Part shown: positions 30,345-39,592 of the stretch, in pieces | Numbering within the stretch: position 1 is the stretch's first letter | Layout: each line of letters starts with the position of its first letter | DNA from: an uncultured Acidobacteriota bacterium | GTDB lineage: Bacteria; Acidobacteriota; Thermoanaerobaculia; Thermoanaerobaculales; Sulfomarinibacteraceae | Direction of reading: 5' to 3' | Length of the DNA: 64,000 nt | NCBI GenBank assembly: GCA_963753035.1 | Contig: CAVWAW010000026.1 | Coordinates: 2,838-66,837 of the forward strand | Program-made: the position numbers and the translations under genes | Notes under the pieces: generated by a model | Database searches by the model: none | Told to the model about the DNA's origin: nothing | The model's input: the letters and a program-made list of their open reading frames with translations, nothing else

Positions 30345-32565
30345 ATGGGATTGACATCAGGCACACCGTATGATGAACCGGTGAACCCGAGACACGCCCA
30401 TCGATGGCGCTCGACCCTCCTCTGGTTGCCGGCGGCGGTGCTGATCTGGCTGGTTGCCGCCATCGTCGATCGACCCACCGAGGTCACCATCGAGAATCTC
30501 GGCGGTCACCTGCGGTTCAACGTCGCCGGCACTGAGATCGTTCTTGCCGAGCCATGGGTGTCGGTCGAGCGGATCACCATCCACGCCGCCGACCCCATCG
30601 AGCGATCGGGCGCCGTGGTCGTCGAGATCGACCACGATGGCGTCATCGAGCGCCTGCCGCTCAACGGGGATCCTACCGCCCTCCTCGATGCACCGGCGCG
30701 GGTGGGCGACTGGTGGGTGGATCACCGGAATGAACTCCAGCTCATCTTCGATGGAAAAGTGAGAATCGGAGCCCCTTTCACCATTCACACGGTTCTCCAC
30801 GGACGATTCACCAACGAATTCACCATCAGTCTTCACGGCGACCCGACTCTCCATTTCGCTCTGCGCCGGGGGATGCTCGACAACTACCTCGCGATCCGGG
30901 ACTCCGACGGCGCGGTCCGCGACGCGACCACGCTCTATCCCGACCCGACTCGGGACACCAACGCCACCATCGCCCAGCTTCTCAGAGCCATCGCGGCGGC
31001 CTGCCTGGTGATCGCGTTCATCGGGACCATCGCGGCCACGTTCGGCAACGTAGATCGCCTCTCGGGCTTTCAGCCGCCGCGGGCCCGAACGACCGCCCCG
31101 CTTTCCACCGAGGCGCGTCGCCGTGGCTGTCGCGATTGTCCTCGCCGTCATGGGAGCCGCCATTTCGACCTGGGTCGCCATCGACATCCTCGGCGGACTG
31201 CCGCACCAGATCGATGAGGTGGTCTATCTGCTCCAGGCAAGGTGGCTGCTCGACGGTGAGGTCGCTCCTCCAGCATCGGTCATCCAGGAGCACCTGAGGG
31301 TGCCGTTCACCTATCTCATTGATGATCGCTGGGTGGGTCACTATCCCATCGGTTGGCCGGCCATTCTCGCCGGAGGTCTCGCAGTCGGCGTCCCGCATCT
31401 CGTAACGCCGGTTCTCGGTTTCGCCTTCATCCTGCTGCTCTTTCTGGTAGGACGCGAGATGGACGACGAGATCACCGGTCTCGCCGCGGCGTCGTTAGCG
31501 GTAGTTTCGCCGCTGGCCCGAATTCTCAGCGGATCGATGTTTCCCCACACAGCATGCGCCGTCCTCGTTCTCCTCGCGCTCTGGTTTGTGTTGCTGGCCC
31601 GACGGCTGCCCGGGTGGTGGCCCGGCGCCTGCGCCGGGGCCGCCATGGGTTGTTGTCTCGCGGTTCGGCCGATGACCGCGGTTGCGGTGTCGGCGGTCCT
31701 CGGTGGTTGGCTTGTCCTCGATGCGCTCTTTGAAGAGCAGGGAGCGCGATCGAAGTGGCTGAGCGTCGCCGCGGCTGTGGGTACCGGTCTCGTGGCAAGC
31801 GTGCCCACCCTGGTGCACAACGCCGTGGTCACCGGAAGCTGCTGGTCGCTCCCCTATTCGTTCGCGCAGGGATCGATGTACGGCCTCGACAACATCCCGT
31901 TCGGGATCCGCAATCTCGACGCCATCCTCCGCGCCGCCTCCTCGAGTCTCACCGGTTGGGGTTGGCCCGTTTGGATCGGCGGATTCGCACTGGCTCTCTC
32001 GCTCGCCTTTGTCGCGATCCCGTTTCTTCTGCGCCGCTCCCGACCCGAAGACCGTCTCCTTCTGGTTCTCTTTGTGGTCGTCGCCCTGGCCCACCTTCCG
32101 ACCAAGGCCAACGGTCTGCACGGCTATGGCGCCCGCTACTACTTCGACGTAGCGGCATGTCTCTATCTCTTGTCCGCGCGTGGTTTCCGCGAACTCGCCC
32201 GTTGGGCCCGGCCGTCTCAAAGCGCCGTGACCGCCGTCGTCGCGGTCTTTGTCGCCCTCAACCTGACCGCGGTTGCGGTGCTCCCCGCGCGCCTGGCTCT
32301 GTATCGCGGCTATTACAATGTGAGCGGCGAACTCGAACGACAGCTCGAGGTGACCGGGTTGAAAGAGGCGGTCATTCTCGTCGATGAAGAGAGCTGGGAA
32401 CCGTGGGGTGAGGGCGCCCGCCTCATGACCGGGCCTAAACGGCACGAGATCATCCTCGCCATCGACCTTGAAGACAACTCGGCCTTGGAGAACGCCTACC
32501 CCGGATGGCCCGTGATGCGCTGGGACGGAGAGCACCTGCGACTCAAAGACGCCGGAGGCCCTTGA
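30345..32565 (+). CDS. GT-C fold glycosyltransferase (family 39 / ArnT-PMT-like) with ~250-aa N-terminal extension; 1 frame change near 31100
   Basis: ORF 31123-32565 has ...LPHQIDEVVYLLQARWLLDG (DE motif in the first loop) and >=10 TM segments. ORF 30345-31217 supplies a TM plus a ~200-aa soluble domain of unknown type. Confidence 0.7.
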
Positions 32566-32735
32566 TTCGCCGCCGCTGCGCGTCGCGAACCTCCGATGTC
32601 GTACCAGCTTGCTTCTCAGGACGGATGTGAGCGGGCGGCACCCTTTTGCGGCAGAAAGAGGCCCCAGTACCGGACCCTCGTGACTTCAGGGCGCCCTCGA
32701 CCATCGACGGTTTCGGCCCGCGCCCCTGGTCCGGG

Positions 32736-35700
32736 CTAGCGTTCGATCCAGGTCCACCCCCGGTTGTCTTCCGCCGTGTCCCAGTCCACGACAACGACGT
32801 AGGCCGGACCCGCATCGCTGACATCTTCCAGGCTCGACCCGTGCCGCATTACCACCGCTCGCTGAACCGGGGACGCCCCCCGAATGTCGTTGTAGATGAC
32901 CAATGCCTGCGGCGGGAAATCGGCGGTGCCTAGATCTCCGCTGGTCACGCAGTTCCAATTTCCTCCACCGTCACCATCCAGCGGCCGGGCGCCGGCCAGG
33001 GTGCTGACGACAACGCAGTTCGCCTCGTTGTCGAGTTCGAAGACCCTGTTTCCGCTCGGCCCGGAGAGCTCGAGTCGAACCCAACCGGTGTTGTCGGCAC
33101 AGGTTCCGAGATCCGGCACCACACACCAGAACGGCTCGCTTCCGAGGATGCCGGTCGCGGTTTCTCCGGTGCGCAGGACTTCGGCCCGCACCTGTCCGTC
33201 GATCCGGCGCCACAGGCAAAGCACCTGCAACGGCCGATCGGCCCCGCCAAGAGCGCCGCTGCCGTCGACGGCGAGATCGAGTTCCCCGGGCGGCAGGGTC
33301 GCCGTTCCCTCCGCTTCCGTCAGCCGGTCGATGACAACCGCCTGTCCGTTGTCGAGCTCGAGCCCGCCGGGCCGCGCGATGACCTCGGATGAACCCACCG
33401 GCAGGGCTTGGAGAAAAACCGGATCGTCGGTGCCGTTGTCCACCAACGACGCCCAAGCGGCGAAGACGCAACCGGGCGTCGCCGAGGTGAGAGCGAGGGT
33501 CACCGGCTCACCGTCATCGGCGCCGACCCCGGCGAGCACGCGGTTACGCTGCATCGCCTCGAAGGGCCGGAGGTCATACGACCGGCTCACGATGACCTCG
33601 CCGCCCGTGCCGAGGAAATCCACGTCCACGGTCATGGGCTGCCGACACAGACTGACGAGCCCGAGGTTGGATCGTCGACCCGCGTCGGGATCAGGACTCT
33701 CGATGAGCGCCGACAGGACAGCTGCCTCGAAGGAGTGGATCGCCTCCTCGAGACCCCCGACGGCGACGCCCTGGCCGTACGACCCGGCGTCGACGGTCGT
33801 GAAGGTGCGGCTGGCGCCGGCGACGGTCGCGGGTGAGCAGGCGATCCGCATCGCCCCCGCCCGCTCGATCCCGAAGAGATCGCCCACCGCATCGGCGATA
33901 ACCAGCGTCGCGCCCGGATCGAGTTCGCGGACCACGCTGGTCGGGTTGGAATTTTCGCGACCCCGCTCGAGGAGATCGATCCGGCATGTCGACGCCGTGC
34001 CCGCTGTCTCGGTGAGGATGAGTTCCGACCGCCAACGAGCGGATTCGACACCCGGCAGGCTCGCCACGGCCGGGACGAGCAAGTCGTCATTGCCATTGAC
34101 CAACCAGCCCAACTCGCCCGACCAGCCGAGGATCGCCACACGCCCGTCCCCGAAGGCCCGCAATACGGCGTCGGTCTGTGGGAATCCCGGCACCGCCACC
34201 GGCGCCCACGTGATCCCGTCGAAGCTCTCGCTGAAACCAGCTTCGTTGTCCCAGTCATTCTCGACCGTCGTGGCGAGGAAACGATCACCGGTCCAGACGG
34301 GAGAACCGTAGACATCGCTGACCTTGGTCCAAGCCTCACCATCCGAGCTGAACCAGAGCCCACGGGTTCCGTACTGCGGACTGGCGACGACATAACCGAC
34401 CGGGCCGGCGGCAACGCCGTCAAGGTAGGCCCCGGTAGCGACTTGGCTGCTTTGCCACTCGACGCCGTCGGCGCTTCTCGCGAAGAACTCGCCTCCCACC
34501 GCCGCGACCTCGGACTCGCCCCGGACGATTCGGATCAAGGTTCCCGGCAACACCCCGTTGTGGGTCTGCCAGTTCAGACCATCGCGCGAGGTCATCACTG
34601 TTGCTCCCCCGGCTACCGCGACCCAGCGGACTCCGCTCCACGCCGCATCCCAGATCGACTCGGCGCCCTCCACGCTTCGCCTGGTCCAGGTCTCGCCGCA
34701 GTCGTCGCTGACAAAGAGTCTGGTCGGCCCGTACGAAATCACCTGGTCGCCGTTTCCTGCCAGAAATCGGAACCTCACTTCGCCGTCAAACGACCGCGGA
34801 AGCCACTGCCGAAGATTCTCGGTCAACGCCATGCCCCCCCTTCCGGCGGCGACGGCGCCCTCGCCACAGGGGACGATCTCTCCTGCGATCCCAACGACGG
34901 AGAGGCGGGGTCCGATGGAGAGACGCCACCCGCCGGGCGGACGGGCCGGCGCCCGGTAGACCGGGTCACCGGTACCGTTGTCCACCACCGAGGCGTAGGC
35001 GGCGACGGCAGCGACGGTTGGATCGAGATTGATCGACGCGTGGGCGCCGTCCAACGGCGCGTTGCCGCCGAGCACGTCGGTGCGCTGGAGGAAGCCGCCG
35101 GGCGGCAGGAGATCCAGGAGTTCGCCGATGAAGCCTCCGTCGGACGAGATGAAACTCGTCCGGGCCGTGACCGGAGCCGTCGATGCCGAGGCGAAACCGA
35201 GGTTGGTGCGAAAGGCGTTGTCGCGGACGAGTCCAAGCAGCCGTTTCGTCCCCCCCGTCAGGGTAGCCGGCTCGTACGCCGGGATGAGCTGGCCGAAACC
35301 GCCGGCAGCGGTCGTGGTCACCGTGCGGGAACTCGCCACCAGCGGCAGATCCGACGACAGTACCAGGCTCCCGACTGCGTCGTTGGGCGTGAGCTCGCCG
35401 ACCACATCCTCAACCACCGTGGTTTCACCGGCTCGCAGGTGCAGGCTCAGCGCAGCAGGGTCACCGCCACTCAGCCCGACGCCGACGGTGGCGGCCTGAG
35501 GGTTCGAATTGAAGACGACGAGATCGGTGGACCATTGGGTTTCGCCGATCCCCGGGGCGTGCGCCGCAGCCGGGATCAGCAGCCGCGTCGCGCCGGGGGC
35601 GTCGGCCCGGGGTTCGAGCACGATCAACTGGGGATTGGATCTCGGCGAACTGATCGAGCCCGAGTCGCAGGCTCGCCTCGCCCTCACGTCAGCCAACCAG

Positions 35701-37925
35701 GTTCTCGACACCGTCCAGTCGAGCTCGAACGTGTGTTCGAGCACGTCGAGGTTCTCGGTGATCCAGTGGCCGACGGCCTCCGTCGGCCGGACCCAGAGGG
35801 AGTAGTTCGAGGCGCCGGGGTCGGACCACCTCAGAGTCACCGCGCCGGTGTCGGGGTTGATCTCGGGTGGCGCCAGGATGGGCGCCTCGACCTCCTCGCA
35901 CGGATCTGCGACCTCGACCACCGCGGACACGGCATCGACGCCATCCGGACCGGTGACCGTCAGCTCCACGGTGTATCGGCTCTCGGCAGAGAACACGTGA
36001 TCCTCCGTCGGCCCATCACCGCCGGTCCCGTCCCCGAAGCTCCATTGGTACCCGTCCACCTCACCGAGGCTCCGGTCGAGGAAACGCACCGACTCTCCGG
36101 GACTGGGCTCGACCGGCCGCCAGGTAAAAGCGGCATCCGGCGCCGAACCTGTTGTCGATCCGCCCTCGCGGGAGATCAGCCCGTCGCGACCGACCACGAT
36201 CAATCGCCCCTCGGGCTCGACCAGGTCGATGAGGTCGTGTCCGGGTGGAACGATCTCCATCTCCCACGCCAGCCCGTCGGCGCTGGTCATCAGCACCCCG
36301 CCGGCGCCCACCGCTGCGAAGCCACCTGCCACCGCCCGCACCGATTGCAGGGCGCGGCTTGTGCCGGACGCGACCGTCTGCCAGTTCACCCCGTTGGTGC
36401 CTGTCAGAATGGTCCCTGCGTTTCCCACGGCCACGAACCGTCCTCCGGCCCACGCCACCGACCACAGGTCGACCGAGGTCGGTGGGGCGATCCGGGTCCA
36501 TACGGCGCCATCGTCACTCCACGCCATCTGCCCGTCGATGCCGACCACCACGAGGCGGCCATCGCCCGTCGCCAGGTCAGCCATCCGGCGCGCCTGCCAT
36601 GGGAGCTCGCGGAAGATCCAGGTCCGGCCGTCGGCGCTGGAGCCAAGATCGGAGTCTGCGAGGACCAACCACCGGGATCCGTCCCACTCGACGGCGTTGA
36701 CCCATCCCGCCACGTCCCACACCCGTTCCCAGGCCAGACCGTCCGGGCTCAGAAAGAGGTCGGTCCTGCCACCGAAGCAATGATCAAACTCGGTTGCGGC
36801 GACGAGAAAGCCACCGTTCCCGGCGCCCACGGTTCCAACGAGCCGGTCACTGATCTCGGCGCGATCCGCCTCGCGCCAGGCCACGCCGTCGGTCGAGGTC
36901 AGAACGGATCCGTATCCGTAGGGATAGACGCCGCAGTAATCGTTGGAGAGCTCGATGATGCGACCGCCGCCAACCACCACACCCGAAGGACCCGCGGCTG
37001 CAGAAACCAGGTCAACCCCACCGAATCCGGTGAGCCCACGCCAGACGAACGTCTCACCGGCCTCGGAGATCAATCCCCCTCTGCCGACACCGATCACCCT
37101 CTCGCCAGCGCAGGCGAGATCGCGAAGTCCAGGTCCGTAGGAATCGCTCCACAGACGGTTCCAGTGGATCCCGTCACGGCTCGACGCGCCGCTGAAAGCA
37201 TCGGACGTCACGACGAATCGTCCCCAACAGTGGGTCACGGCAGTGGCGGCGTCCATGAGATCAGCCCGTGTCCAGGACATCCCGTCGGAGCTGACCCAAC
37301 CATCACCTTCGGCGTCCCAGACCACGACGAGGCCGGCGCCGGTATCCACAACGGTTGGGCGCGAGAAGCTCGCCGCCGGCTCCGGCATCCAGTTCACGCC
37401 GTCAGCGCTCCACAGCACCCGGCCGCCGTCACCCACCACCAACCACCGATCGGTGAGCCACACCACTCCGCGGAGAGTCCCGCCGCCGAATTCGGTCACC
37501 GTCCACGCGAGCCCGGCCCGGCTGAACGCCACCGTGCCGCCGGTTCCGACAGCGACGAAGCCCAACGGTCCCGCCGCAACCGCCACCAGGTCGGCCCCGG
37601 ACAAGGGCGGCTGCGACCGCCAGAGACCTGGGGCCTCGCTCGCCATCACGGTCCCGTCCTCGCCCACCGCCACGGCAAGGTCACTGCTGCCCGCGACCGC
37701 TACAAGATCGACGTCGGTACCGCTGGAGACAATCGACCACGGGTCGTCCGCCTGCCGCTCGAGGATTGTCCCGAATTCGCCGACCGCAATCTGGCGACCA
37801 TTCGCGAGGACCGCAACGCCCTCGAGATCGGCCTGGGTGGGCAGAGGGTTGACGGCCTGCCAGTCGTTCGCAGCGGCGGCGGTCGTCAGCAGGACCACCG
37901 CGCAAGTAACGAGCATTCGCGTCAT
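32736..37925 (-). CDS. giant secreted protein (1,729 aa): two Ycf48/BNR-like beta-propeller regions, a PKD domain and two copies of an uncharacterised ~215-aa module
   Basis: Intact ORF. Signal peptide MTRMLVTCAVVLLTTAAAA. There are >=14 blades with [ST]-x-DG-x-x-W (SADGVNW, SSDGMSW, STDGVAW...). PKD: YQWSFGDGTGGDGPTEDHVFSAESRYTVELTVTG. The modules end ...AYASVVDNGTGDP and ...AWASLVDNGTDDP. Confidence 0.85.
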   Translation of the reverse strand: MTRMLVTCAVVLLTTAAAANDWQAVNPLPTQADLEGVAVLANGRQIAVGEFGTILERQADDPWSIVSSGTDVDLVAVAGSSDLAVAVGEDGTVMASEAPGLWRSQPPLSGADLVAVAAGPLGFVAVGTGGTVAFSRAGLAWTVTEFGGGTLRGVVWLTDRWLVVGDGGRVLWSADGVNWMPEPAASFSRPTVVDTGAGLVVVWDAEGDGWVSSDGMSWTRADLMDAATAVTHCWGRFVVTSDAFSGASSRDGIHWNRLWSDSYGPGLRDLACAGERVIGVGRGGLISEAGETFVWRGLTGFGGVDLVSAAAGPSGVVVGGGRIIELSNDYCGVYPYGYGSVLTSTDGVAWREADRAEISDRLVGTVGAGNGGFLVAATEFDHCFGGRTDLFLSPDGLAWERVWDVAGWVNAVEWDGSRWLVLADSDLGSSADGRTWIFRELPWQARRMADLATGDGRLVVVGIDGQMAWSDDGAVWTRIAPPTSVDLWSVAWAGGRFVAVGNAGTILTGTNGVNWQTVASGTSRALQSVRAVAGGFAAVGAGGVLMTSADGLAWEMEIVPPGHDLIDLVEPEGRLIVVGRDGLISREGGSTTGSAPDAAFTWRPVEPSPGESVRFLDRSLGEVDGYQWSFGDGTGGDGPTEDHVFSAESRYTVELTVTGPDGVDAVSAVVEVADPCEEVEAPILAPPEINPDTGAVTLRWSDPGASNYSLWVRPTEAVGHWITENLDVLEHTFELDWTVSRTWLADVRARRACDSGSISSPRSNPQLIVLEPRADAPGATRLLIPAAAHAPGIGETQWSTDLVVFNSNPQAATVGVGLSGGDPAALSLHLRAGETTVVEDVVGELTPNDAVGSLVLSSDLPLVASSRTVTTTAAGGFGQLIPAYEPATLTGGTKRLLGLVRDNAFRTNLGFASASTAPVTARTSFISSDGGFIGELLDLLPPGGFLQRTDVLGGNAPLDGAHASINLDPTVAAVAAYASVVDNGTGDPVYRAPARPPGGWRLSIGPRLSVVGIAGEIVPCGEGAVAAGRGGMALTENLRQWLPRSFDGEVRFRFLAGNGDQVISYGPTRLFVSDDCGETWTRRSVEGAESIWDAAWSGVRWVAVAGGATVMTSRDGLNWQTHNGVLPGTLIRIVRGESEVAAVGGEFFARSADGVEWQSSQVATGAYLDGVAAGPVGYVVASPQYGTRGLWFSSDGEAWTKVSDVYGSPVWTGDRFLATTVENDWDNEAGFSESFDGITWAPVAVPGFPQTDAVLRAFGDGRVAILGWSGELGWLVNGNDDLLVPAVASLPGVESARWRSELILTETAGTASTCRIDLLERGRENSNPTSVVRELDPGATLVIADAVGDLFGIERAGAMRIACSPATVAGASRTFTTVDAGSYGQGVAVGGLEEAIHSFEAAVLSALIESPDPDAGRRSNLGLVSLCRQPMTVDVDFLGTGGEVIVSRSYDLRPFEAMQRNRVLAGVGADDGEPVTLALTSATPGCVFAAWASLVDNGTDDPVFLQALPVGSSEVIARPGGLELDNGQAVVIDRLTEAEGTATLPPGELDLAVDGSGALGGADRPLQVLCLWRRIDGQVRAEVLRTGETATGILGSEPFWCVVPDLGTCADNTGWVRLELSGPSGNRVFELDNEANCVVVSTLAGARPLDGDGGGNWNCVTSGDLGTADFPPQALVIYNDIRGASPVQRAVVMRHGSSLEDVSDAGPAYVVVVDWDTAEDNRGWTWIER

Positions 37926-38060
37926 CACGGACCTTCCTGTCCCCGGAAGCACCTGCCCATAGTACGGATGCACCCGGGGAGACGTCTACCGCCAACGGCC
38001 ACCCCTGATCAACACCATTCGGCACGTCCGACGCGCCGCCGCAATTCGTCCGACGAATTG

Positions 38061-39264
38061 CTAAGGCTCGACGAGGCTCCAGGCACCGGTGGTCCCGTCC
38101 TCGAAGCCGTCGGCGAAGAGCGGCGGATCGACTTCGGGCACGTGCATGACGATGCAGTGGATGGCCCCCGCGAAGGTGGATGATGGACGAACAGTCGACC
38201 GGGATGATGGTCTTGCCCGGGAAAGGCGCTCTGGAAGACGGCCACCGCCTGGGCGTTCTCGGTGGCGTAGCCCGAGAACTCGGGGATCGAAGACCATGTC
38301 GTTGAAGACAACCGCGTTGGTGTAGGTGTAGTGGGTGCCGCCCGAGCTCCACCCGGCGTGCGGTGGATGGTGTAGCCGCGGCTTGTCGAGTTCGGTGACC
38401 CAGGTTTCGGTGACGGTGTAGGCGTGCGGTCGCCGTCTGGCGTACTCGCCGATGATGACCTCGCGGTCGGCCACCGGCAGCATCCACATGTCGATGTGCT
38501 GGGTCGAGTCGAACCACGACGGCAGCGGGTCGGTGATGGTGAGATCGAGGCCCTGGTAGTCGAGATAGCGCTGCTCGATCTCGGCCGGGGTCAGAGACGG
38601 ATTCTCGTTGACGATGAGTTCGGACATGAAGGCGTCGTCGTCATCGAAGAGGTGGAAATTGCCGCCACCGTGTGAGAGCCCGATGTCGTAGGACGGCTCT
38701 CCCCAGAGCCCGGCGATGTAATCCGGGATCTGGTTGTCCAGCGGGCGGGGCCGATTGTAGGTGTGGTCGACGATGGCCCGAGATCCGTCCTCGGAGATGA
38801 ACCGTGGGCCGTAGTCGCGGATCCACACCGAGTCGGTGTCGACGACGATGAACTCCACCTGGCTCATGTCGGCGCCGGCGTTGGTCAGGGTGTTGGTGGC
38901 GCTGGTTTGAAGCGACGGCGCTCCAGACCAAGATATAGACGATTCCGTCGGGATCGCCGGTCGTGATCGGTACGGTCATGGCGGTGAGGACATCGTTGAA
39001 CGATCCCCAGCGGATGAGCAGACCCTCGTTGTGCGCGTACTCGGAGGGGCAATCCACCTCGCCGGCCGGCGGCGCCAGGAGCGCTTTCGGCAGCTCGAGT
39101 GGGGGCAGCGTCAATTCGTTAGGAGTGGCGTAACGGGGAAGAGGGTTGAGTTCCTGATCGACGATGCCGTCAAGGACCTCGCGAGGAACGATGACCATCT
39201 CCTCAGCGACCAGCGGAAACGCGAAAACCGCGAGTAAGAGCACGAACAGAAAGGATCGTTTCAT
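38061..39264 (-). CDS. secreted agmatine deiminase / Porphyromonas-type peptidyl-arginine deiminase family protein; 2-3 frame changes
   Basis: Signal peptide MKRSFLFVLLLAVFAFPLVA. VWIRDYGPRF, LSHGGGNFH, HIDMWMLPV, and catalytic Cys context GAIHCIVMH. The C-terminus is ...PPLFADGFEDGTTGAWSLVEP. Confidence 0.75.
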
Positions 39265-39592
39265 CAAGCCTCCGTCGGGGTCGGAGCGTAACACGACCTC
39301 GATCGGACGTGCCGTCTCAAACCGATTTTGGGATCGAGGACACCCCGGAATGCAAAACCTCTCGGGCCCAAACATCGTTTGAGGGGGCACTCTCGGCCAC
39401 CCGCAATGTCAGAACCAGGCTCAGAGGCGCGTTTCTGAACCCGATTCCTTCCACGATCTTCCCGTGAGTTGCCAGGCACCTTTTCGTCGGACGAAAAGAG
39501 AGCCAGGCACGCTCCGCTGAACGCGCGAGTCCGCGTTCCCTCAACGACATCGTGCGCGGGAAAGGGAGAGGGGGCAAGTTACACTCTCACGC

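Noticed and set aside
34443-38183. 1,246-aa ORF on the + strand
   Set aside because: It is antisense to the coherent giant gene. Its Arg/Pro/Gly/His-rich low-complexity translation is typical of shadow ORFs in GC-rich DNA. The same reasoning applies to ORFs 20781-21863(-), 28463-29407(-), 18582-19550(+), 26187-27158(-) and 31495-32535(-).
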